Assembly: GCA_963797095.1 (NCBI GenBank)
Contig: CAWCNY010000004.1
Location: forward strand, 608,001-672,000
DNA: 64,000 nt
Direction: 5' to 3'
Source of the DNA: an uncultured Chloroflexia bacterium
GTDB lineage: Bacteria; Chloroflexota; Chloroflexia; QHBQ01; JADMIH01
How positions within the stretch are numbered: the stretch's first letter is position 1; every line of letters begins with the position of its first letter. Below, piece by piece: positions 19,522 through 29,608 of this stretch. The notes under the pieces are model-generated. The model made no database searches and was not told the origin of the DNA. It saw only the letters and a list, made by a program, of their open reading frames with translations. The translations under genes were made by a program, and so were the position numbers.

Positions 19522-19953
19522 TCACAGCTCCGGCAGCAGCCCGATCTCGCGTAGCATCGCTGCCACATCCCATACATGGATCGCTTTCTTGATCTTGCCG
19601 CCCTCGATGTACAGAGTGCTACACCCGCGTACCGTTACGGCCTTGCCGGTGGCTGGGATATGCATGATCATGCCGAGGTGAGTGCCCCTGGCAATCCACG
19701 TTAGAACCGCCCGATTCTCCTCAATGACCGCCTCATGCTCCAGAAGGTACATATCGGGAAACGCAGCCAGGTATTGCTCGAAAGCCATACGGGCCTCTCC
19801 CTGACCGTGCTGTGGCAGGTTCCGGTTCACGTCAACCCCTTCGTAGTCATGAGAGGTGAGCGACAACATACGTTCTATGTCGTGGCTATTGAGGGCATCA
19901 ACCATAGCCTGAACCAACTCGGCAGTTTCTTCTTTATTGGAAGTTGATATCAT
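19522..19953 (-). CDS. SnoaL-like ester cyclase / NTF2-fold protein
   Basis: ATG at 19953 after AGGAG; AFPD...W..RGTH.G....IPATGK.V...G. Confidence 0.88.
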   Translation of the reverse strand: MISTSNKEETAELVQAMVDALNSHDIERMLSLTSHDYEGVDVNRNLPQHGQGEARMAFEQYLAAFPDMYLLEHEAVIEENRAVLTWIARGTHLGMIMHIPATGKAVTVRGCSTLYIEGGKIKKAIHVWDVAAMLREIGLLPEL

Positions 19954-20182
19954 TGCCTGCTCCTGCGAGTTATTGAGCGTTACCCAGACCTGCATCGCTA
20001 TTAATGTTGGGTGCGGTCGCAGATCTCCGCCCGTTGCTCTATCATGATTATGCACGCCCGCGCTGCTCACTTTACAGACCGAAAAGTGTCCAGAAAATGC
20101 TCAATACCGGAGGCAGACTAGAAACAACTCCGCAGTACGTGCGGAGTCGATTATGAAGGGGATTAGCCGCGCCCGGTAATGT

Positions 20183-22267
20183 TCAGGCCCGCACCTCGCC
20201 TTCCCACAGCAACTCAGATAAGCGCGCCACGCCCTCTTTGAGGTGGCGTCGAAAAGTGCTGAACGGAAGATCCAGCAATTCAGCGGCCTGCTCCTGGGTA
20301 GCGGCGGGGCTAATGTAGGTGTGGTAGAGGGCGCGGTAGAACTTCAGGTCCCTCGGTGAGCGTTGAAGAGTGTCGCAAGCCTCTCGGATTATCTCCTGTA
20401 ACGCGGCGGCGCGCTCGTTTGGCCCGGCACCCGAACCCGCGCGGTCCTCTACCAGTCGAGATTGGAGAAGCGGGTTCTTGCGCAACTGGTCTGGGCGGAG
20501 GAAGTTCTTTAGCGCATCGCTGATAGCAGCGGTGAAATCGACATCGCTCAAAACTACGATGGGTGCTGGCAAAGTGGGCGGGGTACTGGTCTGAGGTGAA
20601 GCCGCTATCTCGCGATCTGCGAGAAGGTTCAGCCATGCAAGAGGAGGTACAGCCCTCCAGTTGTGCCCGTAGACACCGTACTTATGGCCTCCAACCTCGA
20701 AGTCAGCTTCGGCCAGGCGATGGATATCTGCGTAGGCAAAGAGGGGTGCCCAGAACTCAGGATCGGCACACGGCACGAGCGAGAAAGTGAGGCTGGGGGT
20801 GAAATACTGTCGAACTATATTGACGAAGATCAGACTCTGCATAGGCGATACGGCCTGGTAGCTATCGCGCCCGATCCAGAAGCGGAAGAGTAGGGCGCGG
20901 TCGTTGGGTCTGAGCGGGGCATTTGTCGCGACAAAATTCCTAGCTGCTCTGAAGCCGGGGTCGCGCTCGGCATCCTCCGGAGTAGCCTTTTCAAGCGCGA
21001 TCATGTGAAGGTAACCCGCCGGTTGGCCCGCGGAGTCACGGAAAATGAGCACACCCTCCGGCTGGCGATCGAGCCAGTAATGAGCAATCTCGGCGGATTC
21101 ATCGCCTTCATACTGCCGTACCATGGACAGCACCGCATCAATATCGCTGTCGCGGAGACCATCCGGGGCCTGCGTGCCACTCTCCTGCCATTCCAGGAAC
21201 GGCTTGACCAGCGGGTTATCACGGTGCAGGAAAATATAGTCAAACAACACGCGTTGCTGGTCCAGCCCGGCGGTCTTTTCCAGAGCCGCTCCGTAGTAGG
21301 CGCGAAGCCGGTTGTGAAGCTCGACATACCAGTCGCGGTTCCTCCACCTTAGATCGGCCACTAATGCCTCGCGGGCGAGATCGTGTGGGAATAGACCTAG
21401 CGGTGTCGACTCGATGAACGAGAGGTTGCGAAGCCAGTCGAACAGGTCGTGGGCATCGGGCATTTTGAGCGCGCTTGCTAGAAGTGACTCAGTAGTAACA
21501 CGCACTAGGGCGCACACCTCAAGGGCTGCGCGATGGGCCGGTCCGGGTACCTTCTGTACCAGCTGCTCAAGCAGAGTTTTGACAACATCTGGGGTGGACT
21601 CGGGTTGGAAGTGCACATCCCCGCGCTGAGCGAACAGGTCGGCCACCAGGGATAGGGCCAGAGGATGGCCGTGAGTGAAGCCCAACACTTCATCATACTC
21701 CTCGGCAGGTATGTGGCGTCTTTCGAGGTAAGCGCGGCTTTCTTTGGGGCTCAAATTACGAAGTGGGATAACTCGTACGATGTCCTGCCAACCTGGATCA
21801 GTGTACCAGGGAGGTTGAGGCGGCCGGCGGTCGGCCCTAACTATCAGTGTGTCGGCCGGGAGTTGCGGCAAGAATAGCTCGCGCAGCCAGGTATCGAGCG
21901 GGGCCAGCAATTCGTAGGTGTCGATAATGATGATATGCCTGCGCTCGTCAGCTTCCAATGCCTCAAGGGGTCTGGCAGAGGGCGCGATGTTGAGGGCCAT
22001 CTGTAGGGAGGCCACAAAAGCTTCGGGCGATGCCTCAATGTTGCGCGCGTCCATGTAGGTACAATGAACTCCGAGTTCATCACACATACCGGCGAATTCT
22101 TTGACAAGGGTGGATTTACCTACACCGCCAGGGCCGTAAATATGGAGTAGAAAGAATGGGAGTTCTTCAGAGGTGAGCGCGTTTCGGAATAGTTCTCGCT
22201 CGTTCTCTCTCCCGACAAAGCGCTTCCGACGCGCAGCAAGTAGGCGATCGGCAAGTCGTTGCGCCAT
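20183..22267 (-). CDS. STAND/AAA_16-like ATPase with a C-terminal HTH, putative transcriptional regulator
   Basis: FVGRE.E, Walker A GPGGVGKS, Walker B IIIDTYE, GHPLAL, C-terminal QEQAAELLDLPFSTFRRHL. Confidence 0.85.
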   Translation of the reverse strand: MAQRLADRLLAARRKRFVGRENERELFRNALTSEELPFFLLHIYGPGGVGKSTLVKEFAGMCDELGVHCTYMDARNIEASPEAFVASLQMALNIAPSARPLEALEADERRHIIIIDTYELLAPLDTWLRELFLPQLPADTLIVRADRRPPQPPWYTDPGWQDIVRVIPLRNLSPKESRAYLERRHIPAEEYDEVLGFTHGHPLALSLVADLFAQRGDVHFQPESTPDVVKTLLEQLVQKVPGPAHRAALEVCALVRVTTESLLASALKMPDAHDLFDWLRNLSFIESTPLGLFPHDLAREALVADLRWRNRDWYVELHNRLRAYYGAALEKTAGLDQQRVLFDYIFLHRDNPLVKPFLEWQESGTQAPDGLRDSDIDAVLSMVRQYEGDESAEIAHYWLDRQPEGVLIFRDSAGQPAGYLHMIALEKATPEDAERDPGFRAARNFVATNAPLRPNDRALLFRFWIGRDSYQAVSPMQSLIFVNIVRQYFTPSLTFSLVPCADPEFWAPLFAYADIHRLAEADFEVGGHKYGVYGHNWRAVPPLAWLNLLADREIAASPQTSTPPTLPAPIVVLSDVDFTAAISDALKNFLRPDQLRKNPLLQSRLVEDRAGSGAGPNERAAALQEIIREACDTLQRSPRDLKFYRALYHTYISPAATQEQAAELLDLPFSTFRRHLKEGVARLSELLWEGEVRA

Positions 22268-22493
22268 GGTCTTTACCTTTCCAGCACATTCGGCGGGCTA
22301 CCGATGCACTACGTCCTGGGCACAGGACAACACGATTTGGGATAAGGCTTCTGCCTCCAACCCAGGTATTAGTACCGTCACTTATGCCCAGATTATAAGG
22401 TGACTCAGGACGATCCACAATACCAAGAATTAGGTATTTGGGTTAGGTATAAGCAGGGGACGATGAACGACAGACTATGAACCAAAGATCGTA

Positions 22494-22556
22494 GGAACCA
22501 GGAACCAGGAACTTGGAACCAGGAACCAGGAACTTGGAACCAGGAACTTGGAACTT
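22494..22556. repeat. heptamer array GGAAC(CA/TT) x9
   Basis: Nine contiguous units immediately after the tldD-like stop codon. Confidence 0.92.
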
Positions 22557-22560
22557 CCGA

Positions 22561-24000
22561 CTACCGACTACCACTCATGCGAAGCCCATTAACCAGAATT
22601 GGAGAAGCGCCATGCGAGACCGGGCAAAGCTGGAGCGGCTCACCTTTGGCGCAATGGGGGAAGCCTCGCAGCCGCCACTCTTCGGGGCCTGCGATGCCTA
22701 TCACCGAGCCCCAGAACTGAGGTGTGCGGCCCTGGAAAGACGCGCCCTTTCGCAACTCACCCAGCTTGCCGCCCTTGATCTCGCGGCAAAGTTGTGCGGA
22801 GAAGTGGAAGTTCATACGCTTGTCGTCCAGGCTCCAGGAGGATGGCGTCTCAACATATAGGCCGTGATCCACACCCGCTATCAGGTCGGTCAATGATCCT
22901 GTGCCCGGCTCCAACGAGACGTTGACCATACGAACGATGGGGATGCGCCCCCATGACGTGGCCCGCCCGCAGCCATTCGAACGCTCGCCAAGGGCACGGG
23001 CGCTCTCACGCGATGATAGATAGCCCGTGAAAATACCATCGCGCACAATGGGAGAGCGTTGAGCCGGGGTGCCCTCATCGTCCCAGCCGAATGTGCCGCA
23101 GCCACCCGGAAGGAGCGAGTCGGCAGTCATATTGACGAGTGGCGAGCCATAGCGAAACGTGCCGCGCATCTCTGGAAGCAAGAAGGAGTTGCCGGCGAAA
23201 GCCGCTTCCCACCCCAGCACACGATCAAGCTCGGTCGGGTGGCCGCACAACTCGTGAACAAGCAGCGACACAAAATCCGAGCCTATTACCACCTGCTGTG
23301 GACCGGAAGGTGCCCAGGGTGCAACCACCAGTTCGTGTGCCTCACGACCTACGCGTTCGCCTTCGTCCGGTAGATGTTGCGCTTCAATGAACTCCCAACC
23401 TGCCTGGCTCATATCATCGAGCGACCGCCTGTAGGAATAGCCTGAGTCGTCCGCTGCGATAGCGGCAATATCGAAAAAGACATAGGTAATCAGTTGTTTG
23501 AGATGCGCACCCAGGCTGTTCATATACAGCTTGTCGTGGCGCTCCGCATAGACAAAGTAGGTGGCGACCTTTACCCGGCTCCCTCCTTTGAGTATGCGGT
23601 TCGTGGTCTCTACTGCCAGATCGAGACGGGTCTGTAAGGGCACCACGAATGGATCGGTCGCGAAAGAGGTGAAATATGTGCCCTGCCCGGTTGGCATCAA
23701 GCTGAGGTCAGATCGAGACCTGCTCAGGCTGCCGCTCGCACGCGCGATCTCAACAGCCCGCCGTGCGGTCTCCTGGACCGCATCAATTGTTAGCAGTGAC
23801 GTAGAAGCGAAGCCCCAACCCCCACCGGCATAGGCGTGTATGCCCCACCCCGCATCACGGTCCGTCGAAAGTAGCTCAACCGCACCGTTCCGGGCGCGTG
23901 TTGTGTCCATCAGAGTCTCTTCGGCGCGAGCCTCGGCATAGTCGGCCCCCGCTTGCTTCGCCGTGTCCAGGGCAGTCTGAAGAATATCGTCGAAAGGCAT
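22561..24000 (-). CDS. TldD/PmbA family metalloprotease
   Basis: GADYAE.R, GWGFAS, HELCGHPTE.D, DDEG.P, C.KGEP. Confidence 0.9.
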   Translation of the reverse strand: MPFDDILQTALDTAKQAGADYAEARAEETLMDTTRARNGAVELLSTDRDAGWGIHAYAGGGWGFASTSLLTIDAVQETARRAVEIARASGSLSRSRSDLSLMPTGQGTYFTSFATDPFVVPLQTRLDLAVETTNRILKGGSRVKVATYFVYAERHDKLYMNSLGAHLKQLITYVFFDIAAIAADDSGYSYRRSLDDMSQAGWEFIEAQHLPDEGERVGREAHELVVAPWAPSGPQQVVIGSDFVSLLVHELCGHPTELDRVLGWEAAFAGNSFLLPEMRGTFRYGSPLVNMTADSLLPGGCGTFGWDDEGTPAQRSPIVRDGIFTGYLSSRESARALGERSNGCGRATSWGRIPIVRMVNVSLEPGTGSLTDLIAGVDHGLYVETPSSWSLDDKRMNFHFSAQLCREIKGGKLGELRKGASFQGRTPQFWGSVIGIAGPEEWRLRGFPHCAKGEPLQLCPVSHGASPILVNGLRMSGSR

Positions 24001-24072
24001 ACCATGTTATACCGCATCCATGCAACAAGGGCGAGCCAAACGCCCGCCCCTGTACAGCCATAGATCTGCGGT

Positions 24073-26940
24073 TTATCTCGATATGCTCCTGCGACGCCGC
24101 ACCAGCACCAGGCCCGCCAGCACCAGCAAAGCACTTGCTCCCGCCACCAGCCACCAGGTCGTAGCTTGGTCGCCGCCACCTGTCCTCGGCATACCCACCA
24201 CCGGCGCTGCCTTGAAGGATGGTTCTGCTAGGGTCGTACCCTCGGCAGGTGGGACAAAGCTCATGACTGGCTGACCAACGCTGGCATCGCCTCTCGCGTC
24301 AAGCCCGAAGACTGCCTCATACTGGATTGCCGTCCCGCTGCTTGTAATTCTTATGCTACGCGAGCCGTTGGCTCTCGGCACCACGATCTGGAAGGCGAAG
24401 CTGCCGTTGATGTCTGCCGTGGCGCTTCCGAGGCTTTGCTGTTCGACACCATCAACCAACAGAGCGGCAGTCACCTTGCTGGCCGGGCCCCAGTTCGAAC
24501 CGGTCACTGTATAGTTGCCGCCCGATACCTGCGTAAGATTAGACACGGGCAAGCGTCGGCCGGAGACGAACTGGCCGGTCGGATCAGAGCTTCGCACGCC
24601 TATGTCAGCGCGCCCGACCCACGGCCCGATGTTGTCGAAGCTTGCCTGCCAGGTGCCATCGTTCTTGACCACCGCGTTTGCAACTCCGTAGTTGACGTCG
24701 CCATTCACGGAAACGACCGAGATGATGAGTGTCAAACCAGGCTGCCAGCCCTGGCCTGTTAGCTTGACGTAGGGTCCGCCCACGCCGGAGTAACTCTGGA
24801 CTTGCATATTAAGCCCATACTCCAGGGTGCTCGTACCACCCGATGGGATCACGGTTAGATTGGTGGAGGCAGTACGCCCATCGCTGGAGCGCGCCACCAA
24901 CTGAACTACACCCAGGTTCGCCCAGTCCTGGCCGAGGGTAAAGCCGGCGGCGAAGGTGCCGTTACCCGTCACGCCTGCCGTAGCCACGTCCTGCTGCTTA
25001 CCGGGGATCACAAGTGAGATAGTCACCTGCGAGCCTGGAGTCCATGCGCTGCCATTCACCGTCGCCTGCTGGCCGACCTGCAAGGCAGATGGGCTAACCG
25101 TCACCACAGGCTGAACTGGCGGTGGCGCACCTGCGATGTTATATATTGCCTGGGCGCTTAGGCCCGTTCCCCCGAGGCTGGCAATGAAGAGCACCTGGCT
25201 CTTGCCACGAAAACTCGAGTCGATGAATACCGGCACCGAAAAAGTACCGTTAGCGGTGGTTGATACCTGAGTTGGCAAGAATGCCTCGCTCTGATCATGG
25301 ATGCCTTTGTAGCCGATGGTAATGGACTGGCCTGCTGGCCAACCTGCGCCCTGGAGCGTTACGCTGGCATTGATCGGGCCTGAAGATGGGCTTACCTGGA
25401 GCAACGGCTGGTTGTACACCGTAATGCGGTTGTTATAGCTGGCCTTAAGCCCTCCAGCGGCGGTGGCGAACACGATGAATCGTGAGCCTGCCGCTCGGTT
25501 GTTGCCGATACCGAAAGTTGCATGGAAGGTGCCATCGTCGTCCGTGCTCGTAGTTGCGGGATACTCAGCGTTGGACGAGCCATCGAAGAGGATGCCGACC
25601 TGAACCGAGATATCGGCGGGGAATCCGCTCCCTGTCACATCCACTGGGCCGCCCTTGATTATCGCAACCTTCGGTGAGACGTCGATCTTGGGGCTGTAGC
25701 TTAGATTGAACCCCGCTGTAGCACGTACCGAGCCGTTGTTGGCGATAGCGGCAATCGTGACACTATCGTATTGGGTGGCTTGAGCGGGCAGTCTAAAATT
25801 GCTGGTGAAAACACCGTTGCCATCTGCCGTAACTGTAGTCACGCTCGCTGCATAGTTCGCGTCTGTGCGCTCGACCTGTATTGTGACCGCCGTATTGCGC
25901 GGGAAGTTGACACCCTGCACCTGGAGAGTAGTAGTGGCATCGCCTTGCGAAGGGCTGACCGTGATAGCGGCTTGCCCGACAGGGGGAGTTGGTTGCGGGG
26001 TAGGTGTAGGTGTGATACCGGGCGTCTGCCCACCGTACCGCCAATCATAGTAGGTGCGGCCGACATTGCCCATCTCAACCTCGAAACCGGCTGGGTTGCC
26101 GGGTGTGTAAGTGAGGATTCGGCGCTGGAAGGCCTGCATCAATACCCACTTCTGCTGGTTGCCCACCTGGATCGGGATCCAGTACGCTTCCGTCAGAGGG
26201 TAACCCATCGCGAACACCCAGTCGATGACGGTGTCCTGCTGGTACTGGCCGTCGACATATACAGGCCCGCTCTGGTTCATGAAGTTCCAGAATACATCGG
26301 GGATGTTATGCCCAAGCGTGTTATCGTAAACTGCATACTTGGCGTAGCCCGCGAGGTTGTTCACAACGCCGACACCGCCTGTGCGTTGTAGGCCCTCGCT
26401 CACCTGCTGCCCGGTGCGGTCGGGGGCGCGGTTGTTACCGTTCAGGCTGGCGACAGAAGCCAGCGACGTATAGGTTGGTGCGTTCACGCTGGTAGCCGTA
26501 TCTCCGGCCACGGGAATATCGGCGGGCAGGCCTTGTAGAAACGCATTGTTGCCGGTCTGTATGCGGCCGGTCATCATTTCCACTACGAGCAAGCCGTTGG
26601 TGACGAAGAAGGGGTTGTTGCGATCCCCGTTCGGGTTGTTGATCTCCATGCGGCTCTTGTCCAAATATGCAACAAGATGCTGGCCGTTCTGCCCCTCGAT
26701 GTAAGGCTCACTGCCCACATAGAATACCTCAGGACCCCACATCCAGGAACGCGAGACCACCTGGTCCGCTACCGGCTTGTCGGTCCGATTCCAGACTGCT
26801 GCCATGGCAGGGTCGGGGAAATTGGGAGCCGCCAGGGCGGGTTGCACCGCCGTCAGCGCCGGGACCGTCACTACGGTCGCCAGAATTGCAAAGGTAACTG
26901 CCTTTGCGAAGTTTGAGGTATGTAATCCAATCGGTTTCAT
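24073..26940 (-). CDS. large sortase-anchored surface protein with repeated Ig-like modules
   Basis: Signal peptide; W.RTD.PV..RSW.WGP..DKSRME domain; repeated V.P..G..V..G.(F/W)P...G.F modules; MPRTG + TM + RRRR. Confidence 0.85.
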   Translation of the reverse strand: MKPIGLHTSNFAKAVTFAILATVVTVPALTAVQPALAAPNFPDPAMAAVWNRTDKPVADQVVSRSWMWGPEVFYVGSEPYIEGQNGQHLVAYLDKSRMEINNPNGDRNNPFFVTNGLLVVEMMTGRIQTGNNAFLQGLPADIPVAGDTATSVNAPTYTSLASVASLNGNNRAPDRTGQQVSEGLQRTGGVGVVNNLAGYAKYAVYDNTLGHNIPDVFWNFMNQSGPVYVDGQYQQDTVIDWVFAMGYPLTEAYWIPIQVGNQQKWVLMQAFQRRILTYTPGNPAGFEVEMGNVGRTYYDWRYGGQTPGITPTPTPQPTPPVGQAAITVSPSQGDATTTLQVQGVNFPRNTAVTIQVERTDANYAASVTTVTADGNGVFTSNFRLPAQATQYDSVTIAAIANNGSVRATAGFNLSYSPKIDVSPKVAIIKGGPVDVTGSGFPADISVQVGILFDGSSNAEYPATTSTDDDGTFHATFGIGNNRAAGSRFIVFATAAGGLKASYNNRITVYNQPLLQVSPSSGPINASVTLQGAGWPAGQSITIGYKGIHDQSEAFLPTQVSTTANGTFSVPVFIDSSFRGKSQVLFIASLGGTGLSAQAIYNIAGAPPPVQPVVTVSPSALQVGQQATVNGSAWTPGSQVTISLVIPGKQQDVATAGVTGNGTFAAGFTLGQDWANLGVVQLVARSSDGRTASTNLTVIPSGGTSTLEYGLNMQVQSYSGVGGPYVKLTGQGWQPGLTLIISVVSVNGDVNYGVANAVVKNDGTWQASFDNIGPWVGRADIGVRSSDPTGQFVSGRRLPVSNLTQVSGGNYTVTGSNWGPASKVTAALLVDGVEQQSLGSATADINGSFAFQIVVPRANGSRSIRITSSGTAIQYEAVFGLDARGDASVGQPVMSFVPPAEGTTLAEPSFKAAPVVGMPRTGGGDQATTWWLVAGASALLVLAGLVLVRRRRSISR

Positions 26941-27333
26941 CTGCTTCACTCTATCCTTTTGATACTTGTGCGAGATCCTTCTTGTGTGAAATTTATAACT
27001 GACCCCCACACGAATCAGAACGTTTGATCCCAATCGAAAGTTCCGATAGCGAACGGTTTCATCGAGCATCCACCTTTGTGCCGCTTATGGGATCACTCCC
27101 CGGAATCTATGCGCTGCTGCTTCCGAATGTGGAAGCGCATGCTAGATCCGTTTAGATCACTACACATTACATCATATTACATGCCACCGGAATTATGCAT
27201 GAGTAAAACTACGGATGTAATCGGTGCCCAGGCGTAATTCACATCCCTCACTTGGTAAGTGGCGTGTTACTGCTTCATATGTGGAGTTAGAAGGGAGAAA
27301 GTATGAACGCAGTTCGGACTTAAGTCGTAACGA

Positions 27334-27990
27334 TCAATTCTCCGGTTGCAAATTCTCTATTTGCTCCTTAATTATCGCCAGGGCGCGGGTCAACGCTTCC
27401 GCGTCTTTTGGCTTTTCCTGTAGCTCGGTCAGCTCGAAGGCTTTGCCGAAGCGAACAGCGATGCGCGCAGGGCGAATCCATTTGCCTGGGGGAAGAGCGC
27501 GGTTGGTATTGACTACGGTCGCCGGGATAATCGGGGTGCGCGTGCGCGAGGCGAGCCTTGCCGCGCCGGTTCTTAGCTCAAGCATCTCACCGATAGTGCT
27601 TCGCGTGCCTTCAGGGAACATGCCAAGCAATTCACCCTCCTTCAAGACGGAGAGAGCAACACGCATGGAGGCAGGGTCGCGGCGCGCTCGGTCCACTGGA
27701 AAAGCCCCAACCTTGCGTATGAGGAAACCGAGAATTGGCGTGCTGAAAAGCTCTTCTTTCGCCATGAAGTTTACCATCCTGTCCGTGGCGTACCCGACCA
27801 CGAACGGATCGATCAGGCTTAGATGGTTGCAAACGATCATGGCCGCGCCTTGCCTGGGCACGTTTTCCAGGCCGGAAACCTTGAGCGGCCACAGAGTGTG
27901 GAATAACAGCCCGAAGAAGCCGCGAATTACATGGTACCATCCCGCGCTTGGCGTGCGCTCGTATTCGAGTTTGCCGTCCTTGCTGCTCAT
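27334..27990 (-). CDS. plsC: 1-acyl-glycerol-3-phosphate acyltransferase
   Basis: NHLSLID, FMAKEEL, FPVDR, FPEGTRS; GGAGG RBS before 27990. Confidence 0.88.
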   Translation of the reverse strand: MSSKDGKLEYERTPSAGWYHVIRGFFGLLFHTLWPLKVSGLENVPRQGAAMIVCNHLSLIDPFVVGYATDRMVNFMAKEELFSTPILGFLIRKVGAFPVDRARRDPASMRVALSVLKEGELLGMFPEGTRSTIGEMLELRTGAARLASRTRTPIIPATVVNTNRALPPGKWIRPARIAVRFGKAFELTELQEKPKDAEALTRALAIIKEQIENLQPEN

Positions 27991-28095
27991 TCCACCTCCG
28001 ATACCCACGGCCATCTTTTCGCCACACAAACCAATTTTGGATTGAACAACCAACCCTAAACACGCAGGATCTACGAACCAGAAACGTGGAACTAC

Positions 28096-29007
28096 TTACC
28101 CGCCGAGCATAGCGAACCAGTATAACGCGGGCAACACGAAAAGGATACTATCTATCCGGTCGAGCACACCACCGTGGCCGGGGATGACGTTTCCGCTATC
28201 TTTGACTCCTGCCGCCCGCTTGAGAAGCGATTCGCACAGGTCGCCAGACACCGCAGCAGCACAAATTACAAGCCCCAGAAGTATAGCAGGCAGCCAACCG
28301 ATCTTGAGAATACCCGAGAGGGCCACGGCAGCCACAATCGCGCCCAAAGTACCTCCTCCCAATCCCTCCCAGGTTTTGCCTGGGCTGATGTGAGGGATCA
28401 TCTTGTGCCGACCAACCAGGCTGCCAACCAGGTACGCGCCTGTATCGCAGGAAGCCGTTCCAAGCAGCACCGCCAGCATCCAGGGCACCCCGTCGGCGCG
28501 AGTGGGTATCTCTGATAGAGAAGCCAGGAGCGGAGCATAGCCCAGAAGCCCGCCCGTGTAAAGGGCACCCGCCAGGGTAAGGCCGAGGTCAGCCCACGCA
28601 AGATATGGGCTGCGCGAAGCTGAAGCTAAGGTGGCACCCTGCGTAGCATCTTGCCCTGCGGAGCCCGTGTAGCGCGCCCATGTCAGGCCCATTCGAGCAA
28701 GCGCCAGGATGAGTACGAGGGCGAGGGCCATAATCTCAGCCGCCACGCCTGGACCTGTGTCTGCAACACCCGAGAGAAGGTCGCCACGCAGGTAACCGCG
28801 CAATCCGAAAAGGAGAGCAAGCGCGATACCTGCCGGGTACCAGGGCTCGTAGCCTGCACGCCTGACTATCGTGTAAAACTCGTGGGCGGCAAGCACCGAA
28901 GCCGTCGCGACGACCACCAGCAGCAGAGGCCCGCGCACCCATATCGCCAGCAGCACAAGGGCAAGCAATAGTGCGCCACTGATTGTCCGGACACCCAGGT
29001 TCTTCAA
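28096..29007 (-). CDS. cdsA: phosphatidate cytidylyltransferase
   Basis: DTGAY..G, ISPGKTWEG, GDL.ES..KR..GVKDSG..PGHGG.LDR.DS. Confidence 0.93.
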   Translation of the reverse strand: MKNLGVRTISGALLLALVLLAIWVRGPLLLVVVATASVLAAHEFYTIVRRAGYEPWYPAGIALALLFGLRGYLRGDLLSGVADTGPGVAAEIMALALVLILALARMGLTWARYTGSAGQDATQGATLASASRSPYLAWADLGLTLAGALYTGGLLGYAPLLASLSEIPTRADGVPWMLAVLLGTASCDTGAYLVGSLVGRHKMIPHISPGKTWEGLGGGTLGAIVAAVALSGILKIGWLPAILLGLVICAAAVSGDLCESLLKRAAGVKDSGNVIPGHGGVLDRIDSILFVLPALYWFAMLGG

Positions 29008-29031
29008 GTCGTAAACCCCTTGAACCCATGC

Positions 29032-29230
29032 ATAATGTGTTTCGGTTCAGGAATAATCGATGAGCCGCGCGTATTGACAGCATAATTATGCCATATTTAT
29101 GTGTTCTGCCTCTATCCTGAGCCATGCCGCCACGCAACCTTATCTAAAATACCCGTTTTACGGTTGTGGGTACAACAATGATGGATATATGGTTGGTGTA
29201 TAATGTGTTTCGGTTCATGAATAATCGATG
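29032..29230. repeat. 31-bp direct repeat pair
   Basis: ATAATGTGTTTCGGTTCA(G/T)GAATAATCGATG at 29032-29062 and 29200-29230. Confidence 0.85.
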
Positions 29231-29304
29231 GCGCGCTGCCAATTCGCACCTTCCTCGCACGATTACGGGGCAATTTCGTAAGGCGGTAGAGGCGGTAGAG
29301 GGAA

Positions 29305-29601
29305 ATGACTTACTACAGATGGCATGGAATCGTTTACAAGGATGGAGTATACTCCGCGATAGTGCGTTACGATCTTGCGAAAGAGATCCTCTCCAAACGA
29401 ATTGGTGGTAATATGTCAGATGAGAGGAGCCACGTCCGTGGCTCGCTCGTAGTCCTACAAGGCGAATTGCCTCTCAATGAGGAACTTTTACTGCATATGG
29501 AAGACGGCAGGGAAGTCGCTGTTCAAGCCAGCCAATCAGATAATTTTGGCACCTATGCAACCCGACACCTTGCAATCCTGAGCGACGACCCCGATAATTA
29601 A
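29305..29601 (+). CDS. hypothetical protein
   Basis: GAGGGA RBS; adjoins the downstream receiver gene. Confidence 0.55.
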   Translation: MTYYRWHGIVYKDGVYSAIVRYDLAKEILSKRIGGNMSDERSHVRGSLVVLQGELPLNEELLLHMEDGREVAVQASQSDNFGTYATRHLAILSDDPDN

Positions 29602-29608
29602 CTACAAT

